Shown: piece after piece, positions 38,335 through 47,661 of the stretch | Position numbering within the stretch: position 1 is the first letter of the stretch | Layout: each line of letters starts with the position of its first letter | Source of the DNA: Candidatus Nomurabacteria bacterium | Lineage (GTDB): Bacteria > Patescibacteriota > Minisyncoccia > Phycocordibacterales > UBA9973 | Length of the DNA stretch: 47,809 nucleotides | Assembly: GCA_029288725.1 (NCBI GenBank) | Contig: JARIGS010000024.1 | Location: forward strand, 1-47,809 | Direction: 5' to 3' | Notes under the pieces: generated by a model | Told to the model about the DNA's origin: nothing | The model's database searches: none | The model's input: the letters and a program-made list of their open reading frames with translations, nothing else | Made by a program: the position numbers and the translations under genes

Positions 38335-40329
38335 ATGAAAAAAATAATTATATCAATGCTAGCAATAGCTTTCAGTATGATGTTGTTCTCAGCAACAGCA
38401 TTTGCTGACGCGAGTTTGAACTCACCGGGGGCAATGCCAACGGTTACTGTAACAAACGCAACAACCCAGCCTTGTAACTTCGGGGCTATCGATGGTTGTT
38501 GGAAATCGAGTACGACTGCAAGTCCAGGCGACATAATTGCCGTACATTTGTATTTCAAAAATACTAGTAACGAAACAGCAAACAACGTTATGTTGAGTGT
38601 TCAGCCGTCTCGTAGTGGAGCAAACGTCACCTTTAATGGTGGGGTAGCTGCAACGAACGCTCCACGTGCGACAGGCACCGCATATGCCACCCTGTCTCAG
38701 GTAACGTCTATTACTTCAATGCCTCAGTCAGGTCCGTATCAGGCAGATTGGTATCCAAGTGCAAATAGTGCACCGCAGCCAGTTGATACTGACCAGTTGT
38801 TTGGAAGCGGATTTCCTATAGGCAATCTTGCTGCAGGTCAGCAGGGAGTCCTTGTGGTTCGCTTCATGGTAAACGGTTCAAGTACTAATCCTGGTACTTG
38901 TACTATCAACAGTTTCACTGCAAACCCTTCAAACATTCAGAGTGGCGATGCAAGTACATTGTCTTGGAACACTTCTAACTGTGATTACGTAAACATCACT
39001 TCAGCAGGAAGCAACTTGGTTGCAACCGGCAGTCAGACTGTCTATCCATCAAGTACTCGTACCTACACCCTTACTGCATACCCAAGTGGCGTAACTGCGA
39101 CTACTACGGTAACAGTAGGGAATGGTGGCAATAACAACAACAGTTGTTACATCAATTCATTCTACGTTGATAGCAACAGTATCAACCAGGGCCAGACTAC
39201 GACATTGCACTGGAATACCAGTGGTGCAAACTCTGTCTACCTTACTGGATTCGGTAACGAAAACAGTAGTGGCAGCATGAGTATCAGTCCTTACCAGACC
39301 ACAACCTATACGCTTACGCTGAACGGTACTAACTGTTCAGGCGTGTCACAGTCAGCATATGTGAACGTCAATCAGGGCGGATACACTGGTGGCGGTACAT
39401 ACTACTCTCAGCCACAGGCTATTACGACAGTAGCAAGTGTCCTCGGTGGATACTCTGCTCAGCTCAACGGTATTGCGGTACCAAATACCAGCTATGGTTC
39501 TACCAATGCATGGTTCGAATACGGCAATACTAGTTCATTGGGCAATCGTACCAATGCTCAGGTAGTGAACTCATACGGTAGTTATCCATATAGTGATACC
39601 ATCAGCGGACTTGTTCCTGGTGCAACGTATTACTATCGTGCAGTAGTGCAAAACCAGGGTGGTCTTGCCTACGGTAGCGTTGTGTCATTCCGTACTACGG
39701 CAAACACCACTACCTATACGCCACCAACACGCGTGATCGTGCAGTCACAGACTGTCACTCGTTCTGCGAACACCGGCTTGGTAGCAAAGAGCCAGCCATC
39801 ACTCTTCAAGCTTGAAGTTGATAGTAACTTTGATCACATGTGTATCGGCGGAGACGTTGATTACACTGTGAACTACCAGAACATCAGTACTCAGGTATTG
39901 CAGAACAGTGTGCTCCGCATTACCTTCCCTGGTGAGCTAACCTACGAGACAAGTTCTCGTGGTGACTATGATGTCACTGATCGTACCCTCACTATCGCTC
40001 TTGGCGATGTGCAGCCAGGTGAACAGGGCAGTGTTACCGTACACGCTCAGGTGAACAACCAGGCAGTACAGGGCAAGCTTGCTGTGATCACTGCAACGAT
40101 GGTGTACACCAACCCTGTCTCTCACGCTCAGGAAAACGCAATCGCGTACTCTTTGATCACAGTCTCAAATGACTGTCCAACAGTACTCGGTGCAAGTGTC
40201 TTCGGATTTGGATCATTCCTTCCACAGACATTGCTTGAATGGCTTCTACTCATCCTCGTCATTCTTGCACTCATTGTCCTCGCTCGAACCCTCTCTAAGA
40301 AGAAGGAAGAGCCCGCAAAGACTGCGTAA
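38335..40329 (+). CDS. Multi-domain surface protein (two Ig-like repeats, FN3-like, DUF11-like, C-terminal TM anchor)
   Basis: Signal peptide AFA-D; CTINSF...TLSWNTS and CYINSF...TLHWNTS repeats; AWFEYG...GLVPGATYYYRAV; C-terminal TM with basic tail. Confidence 0.82.
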   Translation: MKKIIISMLAIAFSMMLFSATAFADASLNSPGAMPTVTVTNATTQPCNFGAIDGCWKSSTTASPGDIIAVHLYFKNTSNETANNVMLSVQPSRSGANVTFNGGVAATNAPRATGTAYATLSQVTSITSMPQSGPYQADWYPSANSAPQPVDTDQLFGSGFPIGNLAAGQQGVLVVRFMVNGSSTNPGTCTINSFTANPSNIQSGDASTLSWNTSNCDYVNITSAGSNLVATGSQTVYPSSTRTYTLTAYPSGVTATTTVTVGNGGNNNNSCYINSFYVDSNSINQGQTTTLHWNTSGANSVYLTGFGNENSSGSMSISPYQTTTYTLTLNGTNCSGVSQSAYVNVNQGGYTGGGTYYSQPQAITTVASVLGGYSAQLNGIAVPNTSYGSTNAWFEYGNTSSLGNRTNAQVVNSYGSYPYSDTISGLVPGATYYYRAVVQNQGGLAYGSVVSFRTTANTTTYTPPTRVIVQSQTVTRSANTGLVAKSQPSLFKLEVDSNFDHMCIGGDVDYTVNYQNISTQVLQNSVLRITFPGELTYETSSRGDYDVTDRTLTIALGDVQPGEQGSVTVHAQVNNQAVQGKLAVITATMVYTNPVSHAQENAIAYSLITVSNDCPTVLGASVFGFGSFLPQTLLEWLLLILVILALIVLARTLSKKKEEPAKTA

Positions 40330-40347
40330 TTGAACACGCATTCGTAC

Positions 40348-40380
40348 CAAAAGGCCGACCACGTAGTGGTCGGCCTTTTG
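40348..40380. terminator. Hairpin terminator
   Basis: CAAAAGGCCGACCAC-GTA-GTGGTCGGCCTTTTG. Confidence 0.82.
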
Positions 40381-40395
40381 TGCTAAAATCACTCT

Positions 40396-40827
40396 ATGGA
40401 ACGCACCTATATCGAATCCGACACAGCCGCAATAGCCAAGGAAATCCTTAGTCTACTTGCTCCAAATAATGCAGGGGCAACGGTGGTGGCCGTTGAGGGG
40501 GATTTGGGAGCGGGCAAAACTACCTTAACCAAGGCATTGGCACACGAGCTTGGTGTAGCCGAGACAGTCGTTAGTCCAACCTTTGTCATTGCGAAATTCT
40601 ATCCTACCAACCATGCCTCATTTGATACACTCGTGCATATGGACGCATACCGAATCGAATCATTGGATGAACTCGGTCCTTTGGGTTGGGAGACGGTACT
40701 ACAGCAGCCCCGCACGCTCGTGATCGTTGAATGGCCTGAAAAAATTAGCGACGCAATTCCTGAAGATCACTACCATTTTGCCATTTCCCATGATGGTGAC
40801 CAACGCAGCATTAGCCGGAAAAAATAG
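40396..40827 (+). CDS. tsaE: tRNA t6A biosynthesis ATPase
   Basis: GDLGAGKTT, VVSPTF, HMDAYR and IVEWPE motifs. Confidence 0.96.
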   Translation: MERTYIESDTAAIAKEILSLLAPNNAGATVVAVEGDLGAGKTTLTKALAHELGVAETVVSPTFVIAKFYPTNHASFDTLVHMDAYRIESLDELGPLGWETVLQQPRTLVIVEWPEKISDAIPEDHYHFAISHDGDQRSISRKK

Positions 40828-40828
40828 T

Positions 40829-43183
40829 ATGAAAAAAACCACTACCAAAAAAACAGTCGTTCTCCTCGACTCACATGCCATCATTCACCGTGCCTATCAT
40901 GCGTTGCCGAGCTTTGCGAATAGTGAGGGCGTACCAACTGGTGCACTCTATGGATTGCTCTCGATGATCATTCGCATCATCGAAGAATTGAAGCCGGATT
41001 ACATTGTGGCCGCATACGACTTGCCCAAGCCAACCTTCCGTCATCACGCCTATGAGCAGTACAAGGCTGGTCGGGTAAAGGCCGAGGATGACCTCGTAAA
41101 GCAGATCATCACTTCACGCGAGGTCTTTGCCGCGCTCGGTATCCCTGTGCTCGATGCAGAAGGATTTGAAGCCGATGATGTCATCGGTACATTGGTGGGG
41201 AAATTAAAAACAATTGATGATGTTGCAATCGTCATTGCCTCTGGTGACATGGACACCCTCCAGCTCGTTGACGGTCAGAAAGTCCAGGTCTTTACCCTTA
41301 AGAAGGGCATTACCGATACCATTCTCTATGATGAGGCAGCAGTGAAGGAGCGTTACGGATTCAGCCCATTGCAGCTCATTGACTACAAGGGCTTGCGCGG
41401 CGATCCATCCGACAACATCATCGGCGTGCCCGGCATTGGCGAAAAGACTGCCACCACCATCATTCAGGAATTCGGTTCAATCGAAAAGCTCTATGCTGCA
41501 CTGGAGAAGGATCCTGCCAATGGCAAAAAGGCCGGTCTGACTGACCGTATCGTGAAGATCCTACTTGACCACAAGGACGACGCGTTCTTTTCAAAGACCC
41601 TGGCAACCATTCGCTTCGATGCACCGATCGTCTACGAATTACCGGAAAAGACATTTGCAGAAAGTGTGAACGAGGAGGCAGTACTCGGCCTCATCGCTAA
41701 ATACGAATTCTCCAGTCTTATCGCACGAGCCAAGCGGGTGTTCCATTTTGATACTGTTCAGCCGACTGAAGATATTGACCCTGATATGCTGCGTAGGGCT
41801 TCTATTGGTTTGTGGGTACTGTCTTCGGAACATACCAATCCGACCTATGAGCAGATCCTTGAGCGTACTCACAAAAAGACCCTGGCTGAAGCCATGACCA
41901 CCATTCAAGAGGAATTGCAGCGACGCGAACTGTTGCCGTTGTTTGAAACCATAGAGGAACCGCTTATTCCCATCATTGCTGAAATGGAACACTTCGGCAT
42001 CATGATTGACCAGGATTATTTCCGTACCCTGCAGGCACGCATGAAGGAACAGTTGGCCACTATCGAAAAAAGCATTACCGAGCAGACGGGGGTGACTATT
42101 AACCTGAACTCACCAAAGCAGATGTCTGAATTACTATTTACCACTCTTGGTCTTGCGCCAAAAGGCAAGCAGAAGGCCAGTGGTGCCTACACCACCAACG
42201 CCGAACAGTTGGAGGAACTGCGTGACGCCCATCCGATCATTCCGATGATTTTGGAATACCGTGAAGTTCAGAAACTCCTCACCACCTATGTCGAGGCATT
42301 ATTGGGGCATGTCAAAGAAGATGGGCGCGTGCACGCAACCTTTTTGCAGCACGGCACGACGACTGGACGATTTTCATCCACCAATCCCAATCTTCAAAAC
42401 ATTCCTATCAAGGGAAATTCCGGCAAGGAAATCCGTCATGGCTTTATTGCCGCACCGGGTAATGTCTACATCGGCAGTGACTACTCACAGATAGAGCTCC
42501 GTGTCCTCGCCATGCTGTCAGGAGACGAGCAGCTGATAGAGACGTTTCGCAAGGGGGAGGACATTCACATGTCAGTGGCATCAGCGATGTTCCACGTGCC
42601 GTTTGATGAGGTTACCAATGACATGCGCCGCAAGGCCAAGGTCATTAACTTCGGCATTCTCTATGGTATGGGTATTACTGCCCTGCAGAAAAATCTCGGC
42701 ACGACCCGTGCCGAGGCTCAGGCGTTTTACAACAGTTATTTCGAGGCCTTTCCCAAGATTCATGACTATCTGGAATCAACCAAGGAATATGCAAAAAAGC
42801 ACGGCTACACCGAAACGCTGTTCGGTCGCCGTCGCTATTTCCCCGGTATCAATGCCAGTGCGCCATTTCTTCGTGCTATGGCAGAACGCATGGCGACCAA
42901 TGCGCCCATTCAGGGCACCAATGCCGATATCGTGAAGATTGCCATTAAGCTTATTGATGATGACCTTCGTGTGGCCAAACTTATCGATAAGGTTCACCTT
43001 GTTTTGCAAATCCATGACGAATTGGTGTACGAAGTAGAGGAGAGCGCACAGGCTAAGGCCGAAGCCATTATTAAAAACGCCATGAATAATGTCTTTGATC
43101 GCGCCCCATTTCTTGTGACGGCGCCACTTGTGCCACTGGCGGTATCAATCGGCACCGGCAAGCGATTGGACGATTTGAAATAA
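40829..43183 (+). CDS. polA: DNA polymerase I (5'-3' exonuclease + polymerase; middle domain reduced)
   Basis: HRAYHALP, EADDVIGTL, GDPSDNIIGVPGIGEKTA, TGRFSS..PNLQNIP, DYSQIELR and LQIHDEL motifs. Confidence 0.97.
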   Translation: MKKTTTKKTVVLLDSHAIIHRAYHALPSFANSEGVPTGALYGLLSMIIRIIEELKPDYIVAAYDLPKPTFRHHAYEQYKAGRVKAEDDLVKQIITSREVFAALGIPVLDAEGFEADDVIGTLVGKLKTIDDVAIVIASGDMDTLQLVDGQKVQVFTLKKGITDTILYDEAAVKERYGFSPLQLIDYKGLRGDPSDNIIGVPGIGEKTATTIIQEFGSIEKLYAALEKDPANGKKAGLTDRIVKILLDHKDDAFFSKTLATIRFDAPIVYELPEKTFAESVNEEAVLGLIAKYEFSSLIARAKRVFHFDTVQPTEDIDPDMLRRASIGLWVLSSEHTNPTYEQILERTHKKTLAEAMTTIQEELQRRELLPLFETIEEPLIPIIAEMEHFGIMIDQDYFRTLQARMKEQLATIEKSITEQTGVTINLNSPKQMSELLFTTLGLAPKGKQKASGAYTTNAEQLEELRDAHPIIPMILEYREVQKLLTTYVEALLGHVKEDGRVHATFLQHGTTTGRFSSTNPNLQNIPIKGNSGKEIRHGFIAAPGNVYIGSDYSQIELRVLAMLSGDEQLIETFRKGEDIHMSVASAMFHVPFDEVTNDMRRKAKVINFGILYGMGITALQKNLGTTRAEAQAFYNSYFEAFPKIHDYLESTKEYAKKHGYTETLFGRRRYFPGINASAPFLRAMAERMATNAPIQGTNADIVKIAIKLIDDDLRVAKLIDKVHLVLQIHDELVYEVEESAQAKAEAIIKNAMNNVFDRAPFLVTAPLVPLAVSIGTGKRLDDLK

Positions 43184-43200
43184 CCATTTAGAATAAACAT

Positions 43201-43638
43201 ATGGAAACAAAATCCTCAATACACCTGACCCTGGCTCATTCCTACCTTTCCTATTTTATTTTCAGCGTGGTTGGCCTGTTGGCAGACAGCTTCTTTTCAT
43301 TTGAGGCGCCGTTACCACATGGTCAATGGATTGCCATAGTGTGCTTCATCCTCGGACCAATGCTCATCTGGTGGGCCCAGTATACTTCCGCCGTTAAGTC
43401 CGACAAGCCGTATTTTGAACGCGGACCATACTGTCTGATGAGAAACCCGACCCATATCGGTATTATGATCCTCGTGGCAGGATACACCGCAATCAGCGGA
43501 TCAATTATTTTCCTAGCCGTAACTATTGTTGGCTATCTGGTTTCAAATGTCTTTTTCAAAAAATACGAATCATTGCTCCATATAAAATACGGTGACCTTT
43601 ATAAGAAATATAAGGCCAAGGTGCCAAAAATTTTCTAA
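43201..43638 (+). CDS. ICMT/PEMT-family membrane methyltransferase-like protein
   Basis: Four TMs; GPYCLMRNPTH...ESLLHIKYGDLYKKYKAKVP pattern. Confidence 0.78.
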   Translation: METKSSIHLTLAHSYLSYFIFSVVGLLADSFFSFEAPLPHGQWIAIVCFILGPMLIWWAQYTSAVKSDKPYFERGPYCLMRNPTHIGIMILVAGYTAISGSIIFLAVTIVGYLVSNVFFKKYESLLHIKYGDLYKKYKAKVPKIF

Positions 43639-44264
43639 TGCTTACTATTGTTGTTGCCGATACTAAACCGTTTCGCAGTAGTCGCATTGGTGATGTGATG
43701 AAACAGCACAGCGGGGGAGAGGTCATCATCATTGATGACACCCTCGCCACTATCGCTGACCTTGAGCAGTATCTCTATCCGTCACTCTTCACATTCGGTA
43801 CCCCGATTGTGCATATGCGTTTCATGCTCGAGGCGCGAGAGAAGGACCTTACACCAACGTTGGTGAAAAAACTCCTTGCCAGTCCCACAATGTTTCTTTT
43901 TGAGGAATTGTCACTTTCGAAATCACTGCTGACGAGTATGAAAAAACTCGGGGCTGATATCCACGAACAGGCTTCTACCAGCAATGCTTCGGCCAAGAGC
44001 AATCTCTTTGGCGTGACGTCACTCATTACTATGCGAAATAAAAAAGACCGCTGGCTAGCCTATCAGCAGGCAATCTCTCACTATCCGATCGAAGCAATTC
44101 TCGGCATGCTGTATTGGAAGATCCGCGACATGGCCATCAAGGAAAAGGATTCCCAGGGAACATATCATACCCTCTACACCGCCATGCTCGTTGCTCATGC
44201 CCAGGCATGGCAGCAGGGTACGCCGTTGGCACTCGCCATAGAGAAAGTGCTGCTTACCCACTAG
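43638..44264 (+). CDS. Divergent DNA polymerase III delta subunit (HolA)-like protein
   Basis: PSLF motif, NLFGVTSLI...KKDRW...EAILGMLYWKIR, C-terminal LAIEKVLL. Confidence 0.6.
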   Translation: MLTIVVADTKPFRSSRIGDVMKQHSGGEVIIIDDTLATIADLEQYLYPSLFTFGTPIVHMRFMLEAREKDLTPTLVKKLLASPTMFLFEELSLSKSLLTSMKKLGADIHEQASTSNASAKSNLFGVTSLITMRNKKDRWLAYQQAISHYPIEAILGMLYWKIRDMAIKEKDSQGTYHTLYTAMLVAHAQAWQQGTPLALAIEKVLLTH

Positions 44265-44280
44265 CTGGTATACCAAAAAA

Positions 44281-44306
44281 TAAAGACCCTTTAGGAGGGT
44301 CTTTTA
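44281..44306. terminator. Bidirectional hairpin terminator
   Basis: AAAGACCCT-TTAGG-AGGGTCTTT with A/T runs on both sides. Confidence 0.7.
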
Positions 44307-44434
44307 TGATTGAGGAAGGTATTATTAAGATTTGTTTTTTTTGAAAGATCTTTCGGAGAGGAACAGTTTGTAGTGGCACGCACTGATGAGGTGTATAAGC
44401 CGGAAGATCACTTAGCTATAGTGTAGTAACAAAC

Positions 44435-44959
44435 CTATGCCTTCGCAACGTCACTGTGGGGATAACGCATTGCGAGGACGGTAATGAGTATCCCTGAAAG
44501 CAATACCACGGCAGACATGAAAGGAATGGTCACAAAGCCAAATTGGGACACATAGACATTCAGACAGCTTACACCGCTGGTACCGCAGACATCGATGCCG
44601 CTTTGGGGGAAGATGCTAATGTAGTTATGGAACAATGCGATAAGGAAACCGGCGCTGCTGAGCAGAAGGATTTGGCGCTGCAAGAGCTTGCTTTTGCGAA
44701 GATCGTCAGTGAAGAGCAGAATGGCGATAGGGAAAATGCAGAGGCGCTGGTACCAGCAAAGCAGGCATGGCGCATAGTCGAAGTAATTTGAATAGATCAA
44801 ACTGCCGATTACTGCTCCGGCAAAGACGATGCGAAGGATGATGCCAGCATGATCTGCCACCCATCCGGCAATAGGGTTGTCGGTAAGCCATGCGACGACA
44901 AGAATAATAAGAGCGACAAGGAGGATAAGAGTGCCAATGGCAACAATAAGGTCAAACAT
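44435..44959 (-). CDS. dsbB: Disulfide bond formation protein DsbB/BdbC family
   Basis: PCLLCWYQR motif, second Cys pair (CGTSGVSC), FGFVTIPFMS. Confidence 0.92.
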   Translation of the reverse strand: MFDLIVAIGTLILLVALIILVVAWLTDNPIAGWVADHAGIILRIVFAGAVIGSLIYSNYFDYAPCLLCWYQRLCIFPIAILLFTDDLRKSKLLQRQILLLSSAGFLIALFHNYISIFPQSGIDVCGTSGVSCLNVYVSQFGFVTIPFMSAVVLLSGILITVLAMRYPHSDVAKA

Positions 44960-44973
44960 ATGAGAATAGAAGA

Positions 44974-45354
44974 TTAATTGGTTGGTGCAACGCAGCCAGT
45001 CTTTGCTGCAAGCTGGGCAAAGGTGTGTTCACCGGTTTCGCGAGTGCCATCAGGGAAGACCCAGGTTGGGTAACCGGTAATGTTGAGACTGTTGCAGAGG
45101 TCATTCTGTTTCTGGTCCTTAGTCTGGCATTCTACATAAGGAAGTAGCTTTTCTGACTTGCCGAACAGTGCCTTCTGAGCCTGGCAGTGTGGACACCACC
45201 AGGCACCGTAGAACTTCGTACCGCTGTCGGTGATGCACTGCGCGAAGCTGTCGTACTTGCCTGGCTTCTTTGCTTCAACTACCAATAATGCAACGATTGC
45301 ACCGATAACAACGACGGTAACAATGATCCATATCCATGTATTTTTTTTCTTCAT
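44974..45354 (-). CDS. Membrane-anchored thioredoxin-like oxidoreductase (CPHC)
   Basis: FYGAWWCPHCQAQKALFG...YVEC...ITGYPTW. Confidence 0.9.
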   Translation of the reverse strand: MKKKNTWIWIIVTVVVIGAIVALLVVEAKKPGKYDSFAQCITDSGTKFYGAWWCPHCQAQKALFGKSEKLLPYVECQTKDQKQNDLCNSLNITGYPTWVFPDGTRETGEHTFAQLAAKTGCVAPTN

Positions 45355-45361
45355 ATACGTA

Positions 45362-45802
45362 TTACCGTACCGCGCGCAGGCATTTTCTGCAAGTACCAAC
45401 AAAGGCCAGTTGGTGACTGTAAATCTTCTTGAACAGACGAGAGACATTTATGGCTTGCTGATCAAGGCTTTTTATACAGAAGGGAATTGTTTCGACGGTA
45501 TTGCACGAATCGCACATAATGTGGTGTACATGGATCTTTGGTCGATTAAGCTCATAGAGCGCCTTTTTCTTGTCAGCGGTAATAGCCTGGACGAGCTCCG
45601 CCTCGACAAATGCATTAAGGGCACGATACAGCGTGGCCAGGTCGGCACCAAGCTTTTTAGTCTTGCGTTGCAGCGTGGAAACAGGGAGAGGGGCAGGGGA
45701 AATCGAGAGGATTTCCAATAACAGCAATCGTAACGGCGTCTTCTTGAAACCGTGCTCCTCAAGCAGAGCGGCTGCGTCAACTGGTTGCATTTGCTTCTTC
45801 AT
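45362..45802 (-). CDS. Fur-family regulator, probably Zur
   Basis: KKTPLR, DLATLYRAL, HVHHIMCDSC and GTCRKC motifs; divergent from ZIP transporter. Confidence 0.9.
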   Translation of the reverse strand: MKKQMQPVDAAALLEEHGFKKTPLRLLLLEILSISPAPLPVSTLQRKTKKLGADLATLYRALNAFVEAELVQAITADKKKALYELNRPKIHVHHIMCDSCNTVETIPFCIKSLDQQAINVSRLFKKIYSHQLAFVGTCRKCLRAVR

Positions 45803-45815
45803 ATCTGTAGTATAT

Positions 45816-45840
45816 ACAAATGCAAATGATTTGCAATTGT
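45816..45840. promoter_or_regulatory. Fur/Zur operator
   Basis: Perfect 7-1-7 TGCAAAT-G-ATTTGCA (45821-35) within ACAA...TTGT, between divergent -10 elements. Confidence 0.85.
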
Positions 45841-45869
45841 CAGGATATCAGTTATAGTACAATAAAAAC

Positions 45870-46610
45870 ATGGTAATACTTATTAGCATTTTCGCATTCA
45901 TCGCAACACTCCTTGGAGGATTGTTCGCAATACGTTTCAAGGACAAGCTGCACTTGATCCTCGGCTTTAGTGCCGGTGCCGTATTGGGGGTGGCATTTTT
46001 TGATCTGATGCCAGAAGCACTGGGGCTGGGCAGTCAGCACTATGGTTTTACCAATATGATTGCATTTGTGGCAGCGGGATTTTTATTCTTCATGCTGCTT
46101 GATCGCTTTGTTATTCTTCATGCCCATTACACAATGCATGATCATGATGCCGTAGAGCCCGCTACTGCCACTACTGTCCGAGGGAAATTGGGCGCAACGA
46201 GTCTGTCTCTTCACAGCTTTCTTGATGGTGCCGCTATTGGCTTGGCATTCAAGGTATCACTAGCAGTCGGTATTGTAGTAACCACTGCAGTATTGGTGCA
46301 TGATTTTTCTGATGGTATCAATACCGTAAATATTGTGCTGAAAAATAAGGGCATGCGTGGCGAGGCATTGAAGTGGCTATTCATTGATGCACTGGCACCA
46401 GTCCTCGGCGCTGCGTCAACACTATTCTTCACCGTTCCTGAATCTACGCTTGGTCTTATATTGGCATTATTTTCCGGATTCTTTTTGTACATCGGTGCCA
46501 GCGACTTACTCCCTGAAAGTTATCATAGTCATCCGACCAAATGGACAACAGTAATGACCGTTGTTGGGGCAGGAGTGCTTTTTCTCGCAATACGTTTGGC
46601 AGGGGTATAA
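45870..46610 (+). CDS. ZIP-family metal transporter
   Basis: GFSAGAVL...DLMPEA, His-rich loop, LHSFLDG, HDFSDG and DLLPE motifs. Confidence 0.93.
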   Translation: MVILISIFAFIATLLGGLFAIRFKDKLHLILGFSAGAVLGVAFFDLMPEALGLGSQHYGFTNMIAFVAAGFLFFMLLDRFVILHAHYTMHDHDAVEPATATTVRGKLGATSLSLHSFLDGAAIGLAFKVSLAVGIVVTTAVLVHDFSDGINTVNIVLKNKGMRGEALKWLFIDALAPVLGAASTLFFTVPESTLGLILALFSGFFLYIGASDLLPESYHSHPTKWTTVMTVVGAGVLFLAIRLAGV

Positions 46611-46695
46611 TATCCAACGCTCATTGACTTTTTTAAATATTGTGATATTTTGAATAAAAATCATATTCATTCACACATAATAAAAAAACGTAAAA

Positions 46696-47073
46696 ATGAA
46701 ATTAGGCGATTACCTTTTGGTGGCTTTAATCGGATGCCTTATCGTTGTGTTGGGCATAGTGCTTTACCGCGATAATAAATGGCCATTTTCTCATTCAGTA
46801 AAAAATTCAGTAAAAACAAAATCTGTTTCAGTAAACATTACGGTTAAAAAAGATTCAGCCCACATTATTCGTAGTTTGCGGAAAAAAGTCGATAGCCTGC
46901 AATTTTTGCTCACTAGTCGTCCCATGCCTGTTTCAAAGGAATACTTTGACAGCAGGATGGATAGCCTTTTGAGTAAACTTGGAACAGTGCAGCCGATTGT
47001 TGCTCCGAAGAAGAAAGTAAAAAGAATCCGCCATCGCAAATCACATGATGACTGCAGCTGTGGTATTCAGTAA
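46696..47073 (+). CDS. Basic membrane-anchored hypothetical protein
   Basis: N-terminal TM, DS-containing helical region, C-terminal basic patch plus HDDCSC; own promoter (TTGACT 46624-29) and terminator. Confidence 0.68.
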   Translation: MKLGDYLLVALIGCLIVVLGIVLYRDNKWPFSHSVKNSVKTKSVSVNITVKKDSAHIIRSLRKKVDSLQFLLTSRPMPVSKEYFDSRMDSLLSKLGTVQPIVAPKKKVKRIRHRKSHDDCSCGIQ

Positions 47074-47078
47074 AAACC

Positions 47079-47111
47079 AAAGCCTTGCCGGTAAACCGGC
47101 AAGGCTTTTTT
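47079..47111. terminator. Bidirectional terminator
   Basis: AAAGCCTTGCCGG-TAAA-CCGGCAAGGCTTTTTT. Confidence 0.82.
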
Positions 47112-47113
47112 AG

Positions 47114-47599
47114 TTATATAGAAAGCATTCGAAATAATGCGATGCCTGCTGCAACGGAAACATTGAGTGATTCCTTCATGCCCCGCATCGGAATTTCGGC
47201 TACAATATCTACTTTGCTAAGAATATTTTTCGGTACCCCCTCAACTTCATTGCCGAGAATAAAAGCGACTGGTTGCTTTATCTTTACCTTCTTATAATCA
47301 ATAGCATCTGGTGACTGTTCGATAGCAATGATCTGAACACCAGCCTTTTTTAGTTTGGTAATGAGTGGCGCAAGAACGGTAACCTTCTTCCAAGGTATGG
47401 TTTTTTCCGCACCAAGGGCAGTCTTGGCGATGGCACTATTGGGACGGTTAAATTGATCCAATGGCGCAGGACTAATGCCAACAATATATATGAAGTCGAT
47501 ACCGCAGGCATCGGCGGTACGAAATAATGATCCAACATTTTGGGCACTGCGAATATCAGGGAGTATCAATATTCGGCTTGGCGTATCCGTTGTTTTCAT
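47114..47599 (-). CDS. TrmH/SpoU-family RNA 2'-O-methyltransferase
   Basis: DIRSAQNVGSLFRTAD, LGNEVEGV and IPMRGMKESLNVSVAAGI motifs. Confidence 0.95.
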   Translation of the reverse strand: MKTTDTPSRILILPDIRSAQNVGSLFRTADACGIDFIYIVGISPAPLDQFNRPNSAIAKTALGAEKTIPWKKVTVLAPLITKLKKAGVQIIAIEQSPDAIDYKKVKIKQPVAFILGNEVEGVPKNILSKVDIVAEIPMRGMKESLNVSVAAGIALFRMLSI

Positions 47600-47661
47600 G
47601 TATTCTGCATGGTATAGTTTTTGTCGCAATTTGCAACTCGTAATTTGTACAATAACCACAT

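Noticed and set aside
44346..44410. Hammerhead-like CTGATGAG core
   Set aside because: Followed by CGGAA rather than CGAAA, and stem I cannot be formed
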